A stretch of DNA of 63,786 nt, the filler included, from Sphacelaria rigidula (taxonomy: Eukaryota), in the NCBI GenBank assembly GCA_964200075.2. It is 9 parts of 9 records of this genome, joined end to end, with 100 filler letters (N's around TTAATTAATTAA, not from the genome) between each part and the next. Parts side by side here need not be neighbours in the genome. Positions count along the whole stretch, not along the records: positions 1 to 6,999 come from CAXNAA020017021.1; positions 7,100 to 14,098 come from CAXNAA020017022.1; 7 more parts are not named here. The stretch is one strand, 5' to 3'. The translations under genes were made by a program, and so were the position numbers. The notes under the pieces were generated by a model. That model did no database searches and was not told the origin of the DNA. It was given only the letters and a program-made list of their open reading frames with translations. Shown here in pieces: positions 1 through 13,050 of this stretch; positions within the stretch are counted from its first letter, which is position 1, and every line of letters starts with the position of its first letter.

Positions 1-69
1 TGATGATCTATTGGCATCGACCGTTCTCTCGAAAACCTGCAGCACAGACAGAACCCAGCACAGAGATTT

Positions 70-3000
70 TGATTGATTGATTGATTGTCGCACTTTAACT
101 GACCCCCCCGGGATCCAGCCGTGGTCTCATGATAGACTTACCCAAGAAAACGAAACCCAAACACGCTCTAAGGAAGAAAAAATGGAACAGAAACAGAAAA
201 AATAGGAACAAAAAAAGAAAGAAACAAAGTGAGTGGTCAAACAGAACGACATATCAGACTAAGTAGTGACAAAAAAGTAATGAAAAGTCAACACAAGCAA
301 AGCGCAGAAAGAAATGGCCCTGAAGCAAGAGAAAGGAAACAAGAGGAGAGTACAAAGCAAATGAAAAAAAATAGAAAATAAAAAAAACAATGAAACGATG
401 CGGGGAAAAAAAGGAAGGAAAAAAAGAAAAAAAAAAGGAAAGGGCCAAAGGGAATCATGGCAGCAGAGAAGATACAGACACACACCAGTGGGCACCGTGG
501 AGCCACCGACTAAGGACATAATCAACAACCGATATGAGTGGACAGGATTTTCCGACTGGCAGCCCTCGACGTAGCAGCCTCTCGCTTGTGACGTCGGTCT
601 AATTCTCGCTTGTCCGCGCGTCGCCACGTGTCCTCAAACTCTTCCGCCCCCTTTTCGACTCCAATACGCCATTTGCCCAGGTCCTCCGCCGCAGTGACCC
701 AATCGTATGCATCGTTGACCTCTACACCGTAGACTAACCACTTTCGTCGGGCTCCTTTGTGCGGGACACCCCCTAGGTCACGTAGGTTCTCCTTTTGGGT
801 ATCCTCCCATTGCTTGGGGGGGCGGCCGACCTCCTTGGGTCCTCGTGTGGAAAGCCGACCGTTCATGACACGCTTGGGGAGGCGTCTGTCCTTCTGCCGG
901 ACAAGGGCTCCCGCGAACCAGAGTTGACGTTTGCGGATAGTCGTCTCGATATGTACGCATTTGGTCATCTGGAGTACCGCTCTGTACGAAAGAATCTTGT
1001 AGCCATTTCGATCGTTCCTTCGGAATCCAACCACTCGCAGCAAGAGCTTGTGATGGGCAGTGCGCAGACTGTCGAAGTCCTCAGAACGTAGCGTCCATGT
1101 GGCACACCCATACAACAGAGCTTCCATCACCTCTGCTTAAAGCAGTCGACCTTTCAAAGATAGCTCGGCGCTGGGTCGGTCGTAGAGTTGGGAGCTACAT
1201 TTTCGGATACGCGCCCACGCCGCGCTGATACGGCGGTTGATTTCGGTGGACATTTTCGCATCCGCGCTGATAGCTCCACCAAGCTAGATGAACTTCCCCG
1301 TCTGCTTATACCGTTAACCGGCAGCTCTGATATCCAGAGTGGCCTCCGTGGTACTGGGTACTGACCAAAGGCGCATGGACTCTGTCTTGGTCTCGGAGCC
1401 ATCAGGCCAAATTCCTGGCAGGTCATCACTATCACGGTCATCATTCGAGCAAGGCCTGGTCTTCGAGGCTATGCCGGCGTCGTCCGCATAAAGCATTGCC
1501 CACACCGCGCGTCGCACCTTTTCCAGTGGTGTCTCTTCCACGGGTTCACCACCGACACCTTGTGGCGCATCATCTAGAAATACCAAGTCTGAGACGATAA
1601 GTGGGTCCGCCGCAAACCGTTGGACGATCACTTCCACCAAGCCTGCTCCGAAAATGTTGAACAGTGGAGACGAAACGCAACCTTGTCTGAGTCCCTGGCA
1701 GACGTCGAACCACGCTGATAGTTCGCCACTATCTAGCCGTACTCGAGCTCGCATACCGTCGTGAAACATACGAATGATCTTGATCATTCGCGACGGGACT
1801 CCGAACCGAGCAAGCAATTCCCTCAGGAGTTCGCGGTCTACAAAATCGTAGGCTTTCTGCAGATCGATAAAGCACATGTTTTTTGGGATATTGCTCGCCC
1901 GTCCCAACTCCTGGAGTCGGCGTACTACGAACATCATGTTTATGGTCGATCTTTGGCGCCTAAATCCACACTGCTCTTCCGGGAAGACATATGTTTCCTC
2001 ACAAAAGTCACCAAGCCTGTTTGCTACGATTTTGAGGAGAACTTCAGCAGTATGTGCCACAAGTGAAATGCCTCTGTAGTTACTGCACTGGGTTATATCT
2101 TGTTTTTCGTGTAGCACTTTGATGGTGACATCTTTCCATTCTTGCGGCACCTCGCCAGATGTCCAAACCGCAGAGACGATGTCGTGGAAGTGGTACAAAA
2201 TGTCCGACTCCTCCCCGTTGAGTCCAAGCTTCAGGATTTCAGCAGAAATACCATCCGGACCGGTTGCTTTGTTGTTCGGCATAGCTCTCAGAGCCTCCAC
2301 AGTTTCACTTAGGCTTGGTGGGTCTCCTAGTGACAACGCTATTGGTCGTTGAGCAATCCTCTCGATGATGGTGCGATCGATAGTTGCCGATATGGCGTTC
2401 AGCAATGTAGAAAAGTAACGTTCCAATCTCCCACTGATCAAACCTCTGTCCCGCAGTAAATTGCCGTCCTCATCTCGAATGTATTGCTCACTCTCGATTG
2501 GTCGTCCAGACATTCTCCACCCTCCGTTGAGATGTCTGTACCATCCTCTCATGTCCCCCGCTCGGGTATGCTCCTCTAGTTCTCTAGCATACACATCCAT
2601 ATATTTGTCAACCCCAGCTTGGATCGCTTCCTTTTTTTTGCATGCTGTTCGCAATGTGCGCCATGCGAGTTTATCTCGAGATGACCCCAGTCTCACCGTT
2701 GATCTCGCCCTTTCTCTCTCCATCCAAGCGATTTCGAGTTCCGCTTTGATTTTAGCATCCTCGAACCACCCCGGTATACGTGGCTTTCGGGTCAGACGGG
2801 GTACCACCTTTTGAGCGGCACTCAAGAGTACGTCGGCAAAGTTCGTAGCCAGGGAGCTGACTGTATCACCAGGTATACTCTGTTCAAGCTCGCTGATGAT
2901 GAGCTGGGTGAGCTGCTCACATCTGACGGGGTCAGATACTATTGCCCGTCTGTCGATCGGTGTACGCCCAGTTGGGATTCGTCTAGGTCTGTTGCGTGCG

Positions 3001-4010
3001 AAACGACCAAGGAGCCGTACTGAGGCGCACACGATGTTGTGGTCAGAGTCCGGCGAGTTGGGGGGTTGAAGGTGGACGGCGACATTGCGAACGAGCCTGC
3101 GGTGATCTTGCCGTGTGATGATGTAGTCAATGCGTTTTCTATCCGCGGGGCGACTTGCAACACCGTTCAACGTACGCGAGGTGTTTCTTTTAGGGGTGGA
3201 AAAGAACGTATTGACCAGCGAAAGCTTGTTGTCGCCTGCTAATTGCACTAGAGAATTGCCGTTACCGTCGTTGGATCGGGAATCTCGACCGTAAGCTCCT
3301 ACAATTTTACGTTCCTCCTCGCCTGTCCGTCGTCCAGTCCTCGCGTTAGCATCCATAAAAATAAACAGGTGTTGCTTGTGGGGGATACCGCTTACAATGC
3401 CGTCTAACTCAGCCCAGAACACATCTCTCTCTTCGCTTGACTGTGGAGTGTCTGTTGGCGCGTATGCAACGACAAACGTGGCAGCATTTGATTTACCCGC
3501 TAGGTTGAAAGTCATCGACATGAGGCGTTCGCTGATGGTGCCTGAGTCCACGTCGCCTTGCTGATGATCGACTCCTTGACTACCAACCCAACCCCATGTT
3601 GACCAGTCCTTCCCTTGCCCCCTTCTGCCCCACAACAAAAAACGCGGTATCCCGCCGCAGAAAATTCGGACCTACCTGGTCTACTCGTTTCCTGTAGCCC
3701 GATGACATGACATCCGACTACCTGGCATTTTTTTAGGACCACCTCAGCATGACCCGCTCCGTTCTTTCCCGTGAGGGACAGTGTACGGACGTTATAGGTG
3801 GCCACTTTAAGCTCCCCACTTCGTGTCCTAGCTTTAGCCTTCTCTATGTTTAAGCGTCTTTCTCTTTGTTCTGCTCTCCTTTTTGGTCTGTTGCGCCTTC
3901 TAATTTTACGAGCGAGCTGTTGTTTCTGTCCCGATTTTGCTTCGGCACGTCTATCACGGTACTTGCCTTGCTTGTTGGTCTCGCGGGAAGGGTGCAGCCT
4001 TCCCATCCCG
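70..4010 (-). mobile_element. RTE-clade LINE retrotransposon, near full length, decayed
   Basis: APE endonuclease motifs (VATYNVRTL, GLQET, GVG, VAYAPT, DANAR, RIDYI, SDH). RT motifs (KATGPDG, NYRGISL, QCGFR, FIDLQKAYD, GLRQG, YADD). RTE-type C-terminus (ALLYGCATW, RLPKRVM, GRPPKQW). T-rich 3' UTR and (CAAT)n tail at 70-87. Confidence 0.93.
522..4006 (-). pseudogene. Endonuclease-reverse transcriptase ORF of the RTE LINE, frameshifted
   Basis: Coding sequence is split across ORFs 3512..4372, 1314..3638, 1154..1444 and 522..1130; probable ATG at 4006. Confidence 0.88.
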
Positions 4011-4149
4011 CGTCGGCCGCTGTCTCCAGTCCACCGAATCTGATACTTGCTCACACGTGCCCCATCTCCATCAACGTGCTTTCCGTGACAGTGTCTCAAT
4101 GAGATTGCAGGATACTGTTGTCTGTGCTGTCCCATGCAGTGAGCTGTAG

Positions 4150-4676
4150 GTGTCAGTTTGCACACAACAGTAGTACGCACGGCTGTAGTATAAATGATGC
4201 GTACAGCGTGAGATATGTGGACAACGTGCAATACAGACAACAGCAGGCAGTACTGTACTGTCTGTACTGCCGATTGAACAGTAGGATCCACATGCCATGC
4301 TGCACCCAACGACTGCCGAAAATGATTTGGACGATATGCAGTGTAGACAGCACGTGGGTTGTACCGCCGCATTCAACAGTACAGTAGGATGGAAATGTTG
4401 GCTTGCCAGTACAGTAGCACAACGGCTGTACTGATTATGATGTGGGAAACGTGCAGTACAGACAGAACTAAGCAGCGCAATACTGCCTGCTCTGCCTGCC
4501 GCATACGGCAGCATACATGCGCACATGTCAGGTTGGAGACGGTAACATACAACGGCTGCACTAGAATTGATGTGGAGGGGTGCAGTACAGACAGTAGTAG
4601 ACATTACAGTACTTTGGTCTGTACTGCCGCATACGTGACATGACAGTAAAGATTGAAGATGTCAGTTTGCACACAG
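4150..4676. repeat. Degenerate ~110-130 bp minisatellite, about 4 units, CAGTA-rich
   Basis: Motif ATGTGG..GTGCAGTACAGACAG recurs near 4216, 4323, 4438 and 4568; GTCAGTTTGCACAC at both ends. Confidence 0.65.
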
Positions 4677-4981
4677 TGCGAGCTGGGCCAGCAGCGATCG
4701 GGGGAGGTCTACGTTTCACGTCTCTTTAAACAAACACAGGGAGCTTGGCATGGCAAAGTCTTTGGGTCTTTGTACGTCGCCTTGGCCTGCACATCCCTTC
4801 GAATTCCGCTGACCGTCCTTTTGGTATCTCCCCACCCTTTTTGTACCCAACCCCCTCAAAAGTATCTCTGCAACCGTAAGCCAGGGTCAACATCTCTCAC
4901 AGTATTTCCCTAGCGGTATTTTTTCCTCATATTTTGATGCAAAAAACGAGGGGGAAAAACGAACCGGAAGAAACGGCCTTA

Positions 4982-5513
4982 TGGTCCTGGGTGCCTGAAC
5001 GTATTTTGCTCAGAAGGGTTTTTTCTCGCGACTACTTTTCGATGGAACTCAAAAGTGCTAGCGTCGGTAGATTTCGGTGAAATGAAGGGATCGTCTTTCC
5101 CCCCCTGTGCCCAAGTTATTGACAGTTGGTTTTATCGGTGATACTGATAGATACCCTGCTCGTCAAGAGGGTGGTATTGACCGTGAAACAAAGTTTTTCG
5201 GCTGTAGTGCAATGAGTAGGTAGAATTTTGAAGAAGCAAGGCTGTACAATTTTTCACAAATACGATCGGGACAGGCTCGATCGACCGAAAATATCGGAGA
5301 GTCAGAATCTGGGGTGAAAAGTGTCAGGATCTCCGATGACCGGTCAGCCCGTAAGTCAGTCAATATTGAGTACAGATTATTTTTCTTCGAGTGTGGAGCG
5401 AATACAAGAGTCTTCAGATCCCCAATGTGATAAGCGGTGGCAAGCGAAAGAGCCTAAGAAAGTCGCCAATCACGAAGAAATTACAAAATGAACAGTTCAG
5501 GCACCCACTACTG
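4982..5513. mobile_element. Tc1/mariner-type MITE, diverged copy related to 25037-25587
   Basis: Right end GTTCAGGCACCCACTACTG followed by TA; left end TGGGTGCCTGAAC. Interior matches 25037-25587 in inverted orientation. Confidence 0.75.
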
Positions 5514-6999
5514 TAGTTGATTATCCTCATCTAATCAACTCGTAATCAGCTATATTAAAAACCTTGACCGAAAATACATGAGGCGCTCGCGCAGTGTACG
5601 GTCATATTTTGCCCGCATCACACACGGCAGCACACAACAGACTGCATACCACAACGCACGGCAGTCTAGCAGTACGCTGAGGGTTGCACGCAAGTCGACA
5701 CCGTGGAGTTCAAATGTGAGCATGGAATATGATCTATTGCTCTTCATTATGTGCTGTAGTGGAGTTGGGTGTCTTGAAGTACTGCTTTGGGAGGGGAAGA
5801 AAATCTAGTATGCACATCGTAGGATATGAGGCTGTTTTCATGATACCAAGGTTGAGTCGGGATTGGTATTCCCCACATCATGGGTATATTGAAAAATCGC
5901 ACGTAGACACCCAAAAGTCTGTGAGAGTATTGAGATCGGACTCAAGAATACCCAGATATCGAGTAGAGTAATGCGGTCGTGCCTACACTTATCCAATATT
6001 TGCGTATTGATATTGCTTTGAGACCGGATGATCGTAAAACAAAATTCGGGAGAGAAAATACCCGCATCATTGTCCTGCCCAACACACGCTTGATACCATC
6101 GCATTATATGTTTATGGTTATTACGGGTAGTGGTCCCGCGGCACTCGTACCGTACCGGTTATTCATCAGCCGCACCCCCAACGTGACATATGTCGACGGA
6201 TGGGCATATTGTATCTACTTAAAAAACTTGGTAAATACCACTACACAGGTACGAGTGAAAAGGGTAGGTGTTTCCCCATCACAGACAGGTTACCGGGGGT
6301 ACATCTCACGTGCATGCCAATAAACCTTTGATTGTCTACAAGGCACCATAAATTCCGAAGGAAGGTGCAATGGCTGCTGCATTTTTGCACAGAACATTGC
6401 TGCGGGCGATTATTCGGTGAATTTGTTCGATTGTGAAATATTAGCGCATTGGGGCTCGTCTGCTGTTTCATTGCTACCGAAATCATCAAATATATATATA
6501 TATATATATATATGTATTTCACCGCTTTTTTTATTTGCCACAGTTTGAACCTCTCGTCTTCCTCGGGACGACCCCGTGGTCTTAAGGGATCAACACATCT
6601 CCCTGGTACACGCCTTGTTTAGCCCGGTTCGGCGAAAACCCGGCGTGCTCCGTCCCGGCTTTGTGAGGGCGGACCCCCGATGGGGTTGACGTCGGTTGGG
6701 GATGACTCTAAAAAACGTCACTCACTGCGTAAGCTAGGCAACCAGGTTTCCGATTTTATTTGCGCGCTTGCGTTTTTTTTGCGGTAATCATGATGGTAAT
6801 CGAGCTAGATCATATTGTGCGGCGTGGGAGAACCTCAACTCCGCACAGTGGGGATGCTCGTATCACGTAGTGTTGAAATGGTGAGGCACCGATGAGGCAG
6901 TGTATAAGCTGTGGCTGTCTCAGAAAGTGGCGATACCAGAAAATGGAACAACTCATTGGAGGCTGTGATCCAAATGCAAGATAATCAGGAGGCTTCGGG

Positions 7000-7099
7000 N
7001 NNNNNNNNNNNNNNNNNNNNNNNNNNNNNNNNNNNNNNNNNNNTTAATTAATTAANNNNNNNNNNNNNNNNNNNNNNNNNNNNNNNNNNNNNNNNNNNN
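7000..7099. other. Artificial contig linker (N44-TTAATTAATTAA-N44); identical linkers at 14099-14198, 21198-21297, 28297-28396, 35395-35494, 42493-42592, 49591-49690, 56689-56788
   Basis: Eight identical 100-bp spacers with stops in all six frames, separating pieces of 6999/6998 bp (size-sorted contigs). Confidence 0.98.
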
Positions 7100-7181
7100 T
7101 GTGGGGAAAGCACTGTTTTAGCCTTGAACCTCATCTCGGAGTTAAACCTCAATTCGCACAATTTGTTGTTAGTGGCTTCGA

Positions 7182-10100
7182 ATGCCACAATGCACTGCCA
7201 CCGCCCCAGGATGCTTTCAACGCTTAATGCAACGCGTCACGGAGGGTCTCGAGCACATCCTCATGCACCTAGATGACGCTATCGCTTTTGATGCCTCTCC
7301 TATTGCACATGTCCGCACTCTGCGAGAATTTCTCTTTCGACTGCGACCTCACGATTTGAAGCTGTCCCCATCCAAAGCTCGCCTTGGCGCGGCTGGTGTG
7401 GATTTTTTGGGGCATTCCATCTCGCCCGCAGGTCTACATCCGGATACGAACAAAGTCAGAGCTATGACCGACTTACCGATGCCAACTAACATCTCTCAAC
7501 TTCGCTCATTGTTGGGCGGGCTATATTACTACCGCAAACTTTTGCCGAATTTAGAGAGCTACTCAAGAAAGGAGCCGTGTTTTCCTTCACCACCGAGATG
7601 GGAAATATCACCCGCAAATTGGCGAGAAACCGGTCCTCTGTTTCCCTGATTGGGAGGCAGTACAAGACGGCTTTCGCCTTTTGCAACTCCACACTGACGC
7701 TAGCACAGACGGATTCGGAGGAGTTTTGAATCAACCTCAGGTTTATGGCTCTGTTCGACCTCTCTTCTGCATCAGTCGCGCCACTTTGCCTGATGAGGCC
7801 AACTGGAGCCCGTTAGAACTGGAAGGCGGTGTTATCACCTGGGCCATCAAGCGCCTTGGACAATACCTGTTTCACGTGCCCTTTGAAATCTACACGGATC
7901 ATGGGGCACTCGAGCAACTCGCCAAGGTCGGCGACACCATCCGCGTGTACAACGCTGGTTGGAGTTTCTAACAGCATACCAGTATACCATTAAGCATCGG
8001 CCAGGCAAAACCAACGGGAACGCTTATCTTCTCTCCCGATTACCCCTGCCGCCTTCAGCTGCAGATTCCAGCCCGGCTAGCCGTCTAACGGGGCCTAACG
8101 AACCTGGGATTCACCCTATGAGACGGTTTTCGACGCCAGTCTACGCCCTTGACCTTCAATGTCCAGAAACTGGTATGCACATGGGCGGACCTCGCCCTCT
8201 GCCCTATGACGCCGTCTTCGGTGAGTTAAAACCCACAACCTCCGGTTTTGTCGATTTCCGGACTATTGGTACACGCGCCAAGCTTCTCACGGAGACACCG
8301 TCGGTTATCCACCAGTATTTCAGACAACACGCGCTGTCGGTCTGCCGTCCGCACCAACCCCCCAAGTGCCCCGCCGCCACCGACAACAGCTGCAAGTTCT
8401 ACGAGCCACACAGCGCCGGCCCTACGGACCGACCCGCAACGCTCCGCAATCAATACTGCAACAAACAACACGCGCCGCGGACCTTCTTCGCCGCGCACAA
8501 CTTCAACTCCGCCGCTTATAACGGCAACACCGACAACCCCTGCTCCCAAGGCGGAGATTGACGTCGGCATTTCTGCCCCGTCACCTGTTCCCCCGCTACC
8601 TACCCCACCATGTTTGGTCGGCTCTCCAGCGGAAGGCCAACTGCGCGAGTTTCTCGCCAGCTACTCTCACCGTGACTGGGCTCGCGAACAAAACGCAGAA
8701 CCACTATGTCGCGCAGCCACTCGTTACTTACAGCTCGACTGCCCAGTCCCTTTCCCGCCCGAACGTTTGGCTCCTGTTGGCACACTGCCACCACCAGATA
8801 TCCCCGAGGTACATGAACCCGGGCGTACAGGCACGAGTTTTACCACGGACGAAGGTGTACAATTACTCGTGCGTCGACCCACGCCTTTAGCAGGCGCAAT
8901 CACTACCTCCACCACGGGACGCCACGCACGGCTTCTCGATGACGAACCCACGCGCATATATGTTCCGTTACCAATGCGCCCCTGGGTCATGAAAGGCTGT
9001 CACACAGACTTGTCATGTCATCTTGGCGTCACCCGCACCCTAGCGCTCTTGGAACGCTTCCACTGGTGGGTTGGCATGGAAATTCCCACCCGCTTTTGGA
9101 TTCGGCGATGCTTTACATGCCAAGCTCGAAAAACTTCACGACAGACAGTACGCTGGCCCGTCATCTATGGGACTCCCCGACGAGCCCGGCCATCTTGTGT
9201 CCTTTGACTACTTCGGCCCTCTACCACCCACAGGTCGCGGCAACACCTACATCGTACTCTTCACTGACCGCTTCAGCCGCCACGCGTCCATGTACGCGGT
9301 AACCGCTGCAGATTTCACTGCAGCAGGAACGGCCGACATATTGGTCCACGACTACATCAAGCACTACGGTTGCCCGAAACGCCTTCTTTCAGACAATGGT
9401 CATCAGTTTTGCTCAGATCTTTCTGCGGAGCTTTACTAGCTCCTGGGCATCCGCAAAATTGCCACGAGCGCCTACCACCGGAACGGCAACGGTGGAACCG
9501 AACGAGTTAATCACACCATGGCCCAGATGCTCTCTTTGGTTGTCAATGACCGCCAAAATGACTGGGACCTACATCTCTCGCACATCATGTTGTCCTACAA
9601 TAACTCGGTTAATGCCGCCACAGGCCTTTCTCCGAACGAACTCCATCTTGGACGCAACCCCCGGCTACCCATCACCGTGTTCAAAAGACACACGTCCGAC
9701 GGCCACCAAAGCTTGGATCAGGATCAGATATCCTATCATGAGCTCGCGCATTCACGACAACGAAAAGCGTTCACCCTCGTGCGCGAACAACACGCTATCA
9801 ACGCCTCGCGCCTGGAGAGATCTAACACTGCTCTTTACAACCTAATGCATAAATGCCCTAACTGGAGAGTTGGTGATTGGGTTTGGGTCTACAGCAGTCT
9901 ATCGACCATCCGCCAGGGTACCAGCAAGGCAGCCGACGAAACGATTTTGAAGGCAAAATTGTACCTCAATTGGACAGGACCTTTCAAGATTCTGACAGTC
10001 GGTCCCTCGGCATCCTCACCGGATGATAAACCCGTTGGCGACAAACTCCTCTATCTCGATCTGCCTCGCGACCTTCAGGGCAAAGACACCAAACCCCGCG

Positions 10101-10975
10101 TCTCCGTGCGCAGGTGCAAACCATGCACGAACCCGAATGATACAAGTGACATGCCCAAATACCTGCCTGCAGAACTTACACAGTACGTTCTCAACAGCTA
10201 CTCGACTGAGTCTCCGCCCTACCACGTCACCACTGATGACATAACGGAACAGCCCCTCCGCCTGACGGTTTCCGCCATATCCGGCCACCAAATCACTCGT
10301 GGTCGAGGCGGCAAAATTGCCGTCATGCATAAGACCCACTGGCAAGATCTGCGGAGAGCTTCTTGGGAGCGCGAATCCGACCTTCAATTGCACCGCCGTG
10401 CAATCCTCCTATACTGGACGCAACCCCAGCATCAGCATCTTCCTCACAACAAGAAATATCGCAACATGCGTCGTGGCGCAGCAGCCCGCGAACTGCACCG
10501 CGACCAAGGCCTACGCTTTGTCTCCGATGGCTACGACCTGGTTCCCACCAAGATTTGTAAAGCAAAGTTCTTCGCAAACCAGAAAACACTACCCAAGGGC
10601 TCCTACCTGTGGTTCAAAGGCAGCGACAACCTCTGGTGGTTGGACCAGACTCACTCCGCTGATCTAGTCTCTGCTGACACATACATCGTGCGCTTCATCG
10701 ATGACCCGGGACCAATACAGCTTAAGCTCCGGCCTGCGCTATACACCACCAGTCCATCTGCACCACGCGGATCTTGGTGTCTTCAGCGCCTCAAGACGAA
10801 AGGACTTCGCCACGGTCTCCAGCGCAACATCGACCACATCCACGACGTGCACGCACCGCTGTGTACGCCCCCCACCGTCATTTTCCTTCTTTTCTCTTGT
10901 CTTTTGCCCTCCCTTTTCCCACTAGGACCCTACTCTACGACATCCGCAACAGGATCACCTTCTCGCGGACCATGA
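7182..10975 (+). pseudogene. pol: gypsy pol (RT-RNaseH-integrase-chromodomain) with frameshifts and an in-frame TAG at 9437-9439
   Basis: ORFs 7182..7649, 7681..7971, 7959..8561, 8248..9207, 9071..9439 and 9518..10975 carry consecutive pol motifs. Confidence 0.9.
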
Positions 10976-11137
10976 TCGAACAGGAGCCGCTCGCCACCTA
11001 CGTCTACTGGAGCTCTGCTATCCCGCTTTTTCGACGGGGCCGGATCTTGCTGGATCACCGACTCTTCATATTTGCTTCTCTTGCTTCCGACCAACTTACG
11101 TTGGTCGCCTGTTACTGCTGTGGCCATTGTTTCCTTC

Positions 11138-11283
11138 GAAATCCCCCAGGTCGAAGCTGGCGTAGGTTGCTCCCTGTTGTCCCTTTGGAATCCTCCAGGT
11201 CGAAGCTGGCGTAGCTTGCTCCTTGTTGTCCCGTTGGAATCACCCAGGTCGAAGCTGGCGCAGCTTGCTCCCTGTTGTACCCC
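11138..11283 (+). repeat. 3 x 49-bp tandem repeat in the gypsy 3' UTR
   Basis: TCGAAGCTGGCG starts at 11151, 11200 and 11249. Confidence 0.9.
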
Positions 11284-11552
11284 CCCTGATTTTGTTTTCC
11301 TCGTTTTGCTAGGACGCCGAAGCATTGTGTGCTACTTCGTTGGTGTCTAGCACGCGGCAGTAGGTTTGTGCTTCCGCGTTTTGAAGCAATTTAGTTTCTA
11401 CTTCCTTAACTCTTGAGGTGTGGGAGTGGGTTGGGAGTATTCCCTTAGGCGTGTTTTATTAGCATTAGCCGCTCATTACTTTACGAATAAGAAAAACCTT
11501 AGTTTTCGCTGCTCTGAGGATACATTCTCGCAGCTGTAATAAAGGTTTATCT

Positions 11553-11563
11553 GGGTGGGTTAG
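11553..11563 (+). promoter_or_regulatory. Polypurine tract of the gypsy element
   Basis: GGGTGGGTTAG immediately before the TGTCA LTR start. Confidence 0.7.
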
Positions 11564-12056
11564 TGTCATGAAGGAGCACATTAGTCTAGCATATTAGCCG
11601 GTTATCACGCTCAGACCCGTCAATGCGTCTAGACAGTTATTGGTTCAGGGTACCTCGAAGACTGCAGGTCTGTTCAGAGTTGGTCAATACGAGTATGAAC
11701 GGGTATAAAGCGAGGGGGTGCCTATCTGTCACCCCCCCCCCCCATCGTTCGGCACTACTACTTGCCACCCAAGCTCTCTGCAAGGAAGCTAAGCATCGGT
11801 GAGATTATTGAGTGAACGTGAGAGATTGAACGTGAGAGGTTGGATAAGCAGAAGCTTGAGACCAAGCATTTGACGAAGAGATATGCTAAACCTATGCGTG
11901 AGATCAAAATAATATCTTGGACACATCAAGAAGAGTTACACAGCCTCGTGCACTCTGCTGATTGCTCCAGCCCGTTGTCGGGCTCTTGTCGTGTCTACTG
12001 ACTGAGTATTGCATAGCGACTCGTGTTCCTCATACACGCGGCCTAACCTCTTGACA
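11564..12056 (+). repeat. 3' LTR (493 bp) of the gypsy element
   Basis: TGTCA...TGACA termini, preceded by the PPT; TATAAA at about 11704. Confidence 0.8.
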
Positions 12057-12064
12057 CATTATCA

Positions 12065-12283
12065 GTATGTATACTTTCACATTTTTCACCAGGTTTGCCG
12101 AGTTTTCTCTGGCGGCAAGGCATTTTTTCGAACGCTTTCCTCTGCAGCGCACTGGGAAGGCTCAGCGGTACATTACCGTTCAGGTGTGGGCGTCATCTGA
12201 TACCTGTGGCGCGTGTTCTAGACTCCGAAAGTCGCTCAAATTGGCCCTTTTTCGCGGGGTGTAGAGCTCGAACCACAACAGCC
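12065..12283 (+). repeat. Dispersed repeat; inverted copy at about 49150-49372
   Basis: Shared TTTGCCGAGTTTTCTCTGGC, CAGCGGTACATTACCGTTCAGG, TCATCTGATACCTGTGGCGCGT and GTCGCTCAAA.TGG. Confidence 0.85.
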
Positions 12284-12399
12284 TTTACAAGATCGTGGAA
12301 AACTTGACAAAATACATTTTCGACTTGCGTCACCCCCGGAAGGCCCGTACCAACCTCCCGGAGGGGAACCTTGTATTATTATTATATATATATATTTCA

Positions 12400-13050
12400 A
12401 GGAGCAGAAGGAGATATACAAACCTCGCAAAGCCCTCGAGACATTTCGGAATTTGTCAATGTTTATTGATCAACTTATCGTAACAAAGTTAACAGAAAAA
12501 TATCGAAAAAATCAAGCCATTTTTCGAAACAATACCCTCCGGCATCTGAGGCCATCGGGACAGAGCGGGCAAGGAGTAGAAGCAAATGTGTGAATCCCGC
12601 AAAGCCCACCAGACGTTTCGGTTTTGGTCAGTGTTCATTGGCCTATTTTTTGCAACAAAATCAACGAAACAAATCCAAAAATCACGGCAATTAAAAACAA
12701 ATGCCCTCCGGCATCTGAGGTCATCAGAACAGAGGAGGCAAGAAGCAGAAGCAAATATACAAATCCCCAAAGCCCACCAGACTTTTCGGATTTTGTCAAT
12801 GTTCATTGATCAGTTTCTTGCAACAAAGTTAACAAAAACATGTCCAAAAAAGTAGGAACGTTTTTGGAAACATGCCCTCCGGCATCTGAGGTCATCGGGA
12901 CAGAGCGGGCAAGGAACAGAAGCAAATACACGAACGCCGCAAAGCCCATCAGACGTTTCGATTTTGTCAGTGTTCATTGATCAATCTCGTATAAAACAAA
13001 TTAAGAGAAAAATCAAGACAGTGTTTATCGGCCGACGTTTCTTGCAAAAA
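12400..13050. repeat. ~170-bp tandem repeat, 3-4 units
   Basis: GGCATCTGAG at 12541, 12710 and 12881 (periods 169 and 171); a partial unit from about 12400. Confidence 0.88.

Larger units (their letters stand above)
7182..12056 (+). mobile_element. Ty3/gypsy LTR retrotransposon with chromodomain, 3' part, decayed
   Basis: Domain order RT (HLDD, FLGH), RNase H (TDAS, ELE, YTDH), integrase (HLG...CFTC; SFDYFGP, TDRFSR, SDNG, ERVNHT; WTGPF), chromodomain, then PPT and LTR. Confidence 0.93.
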
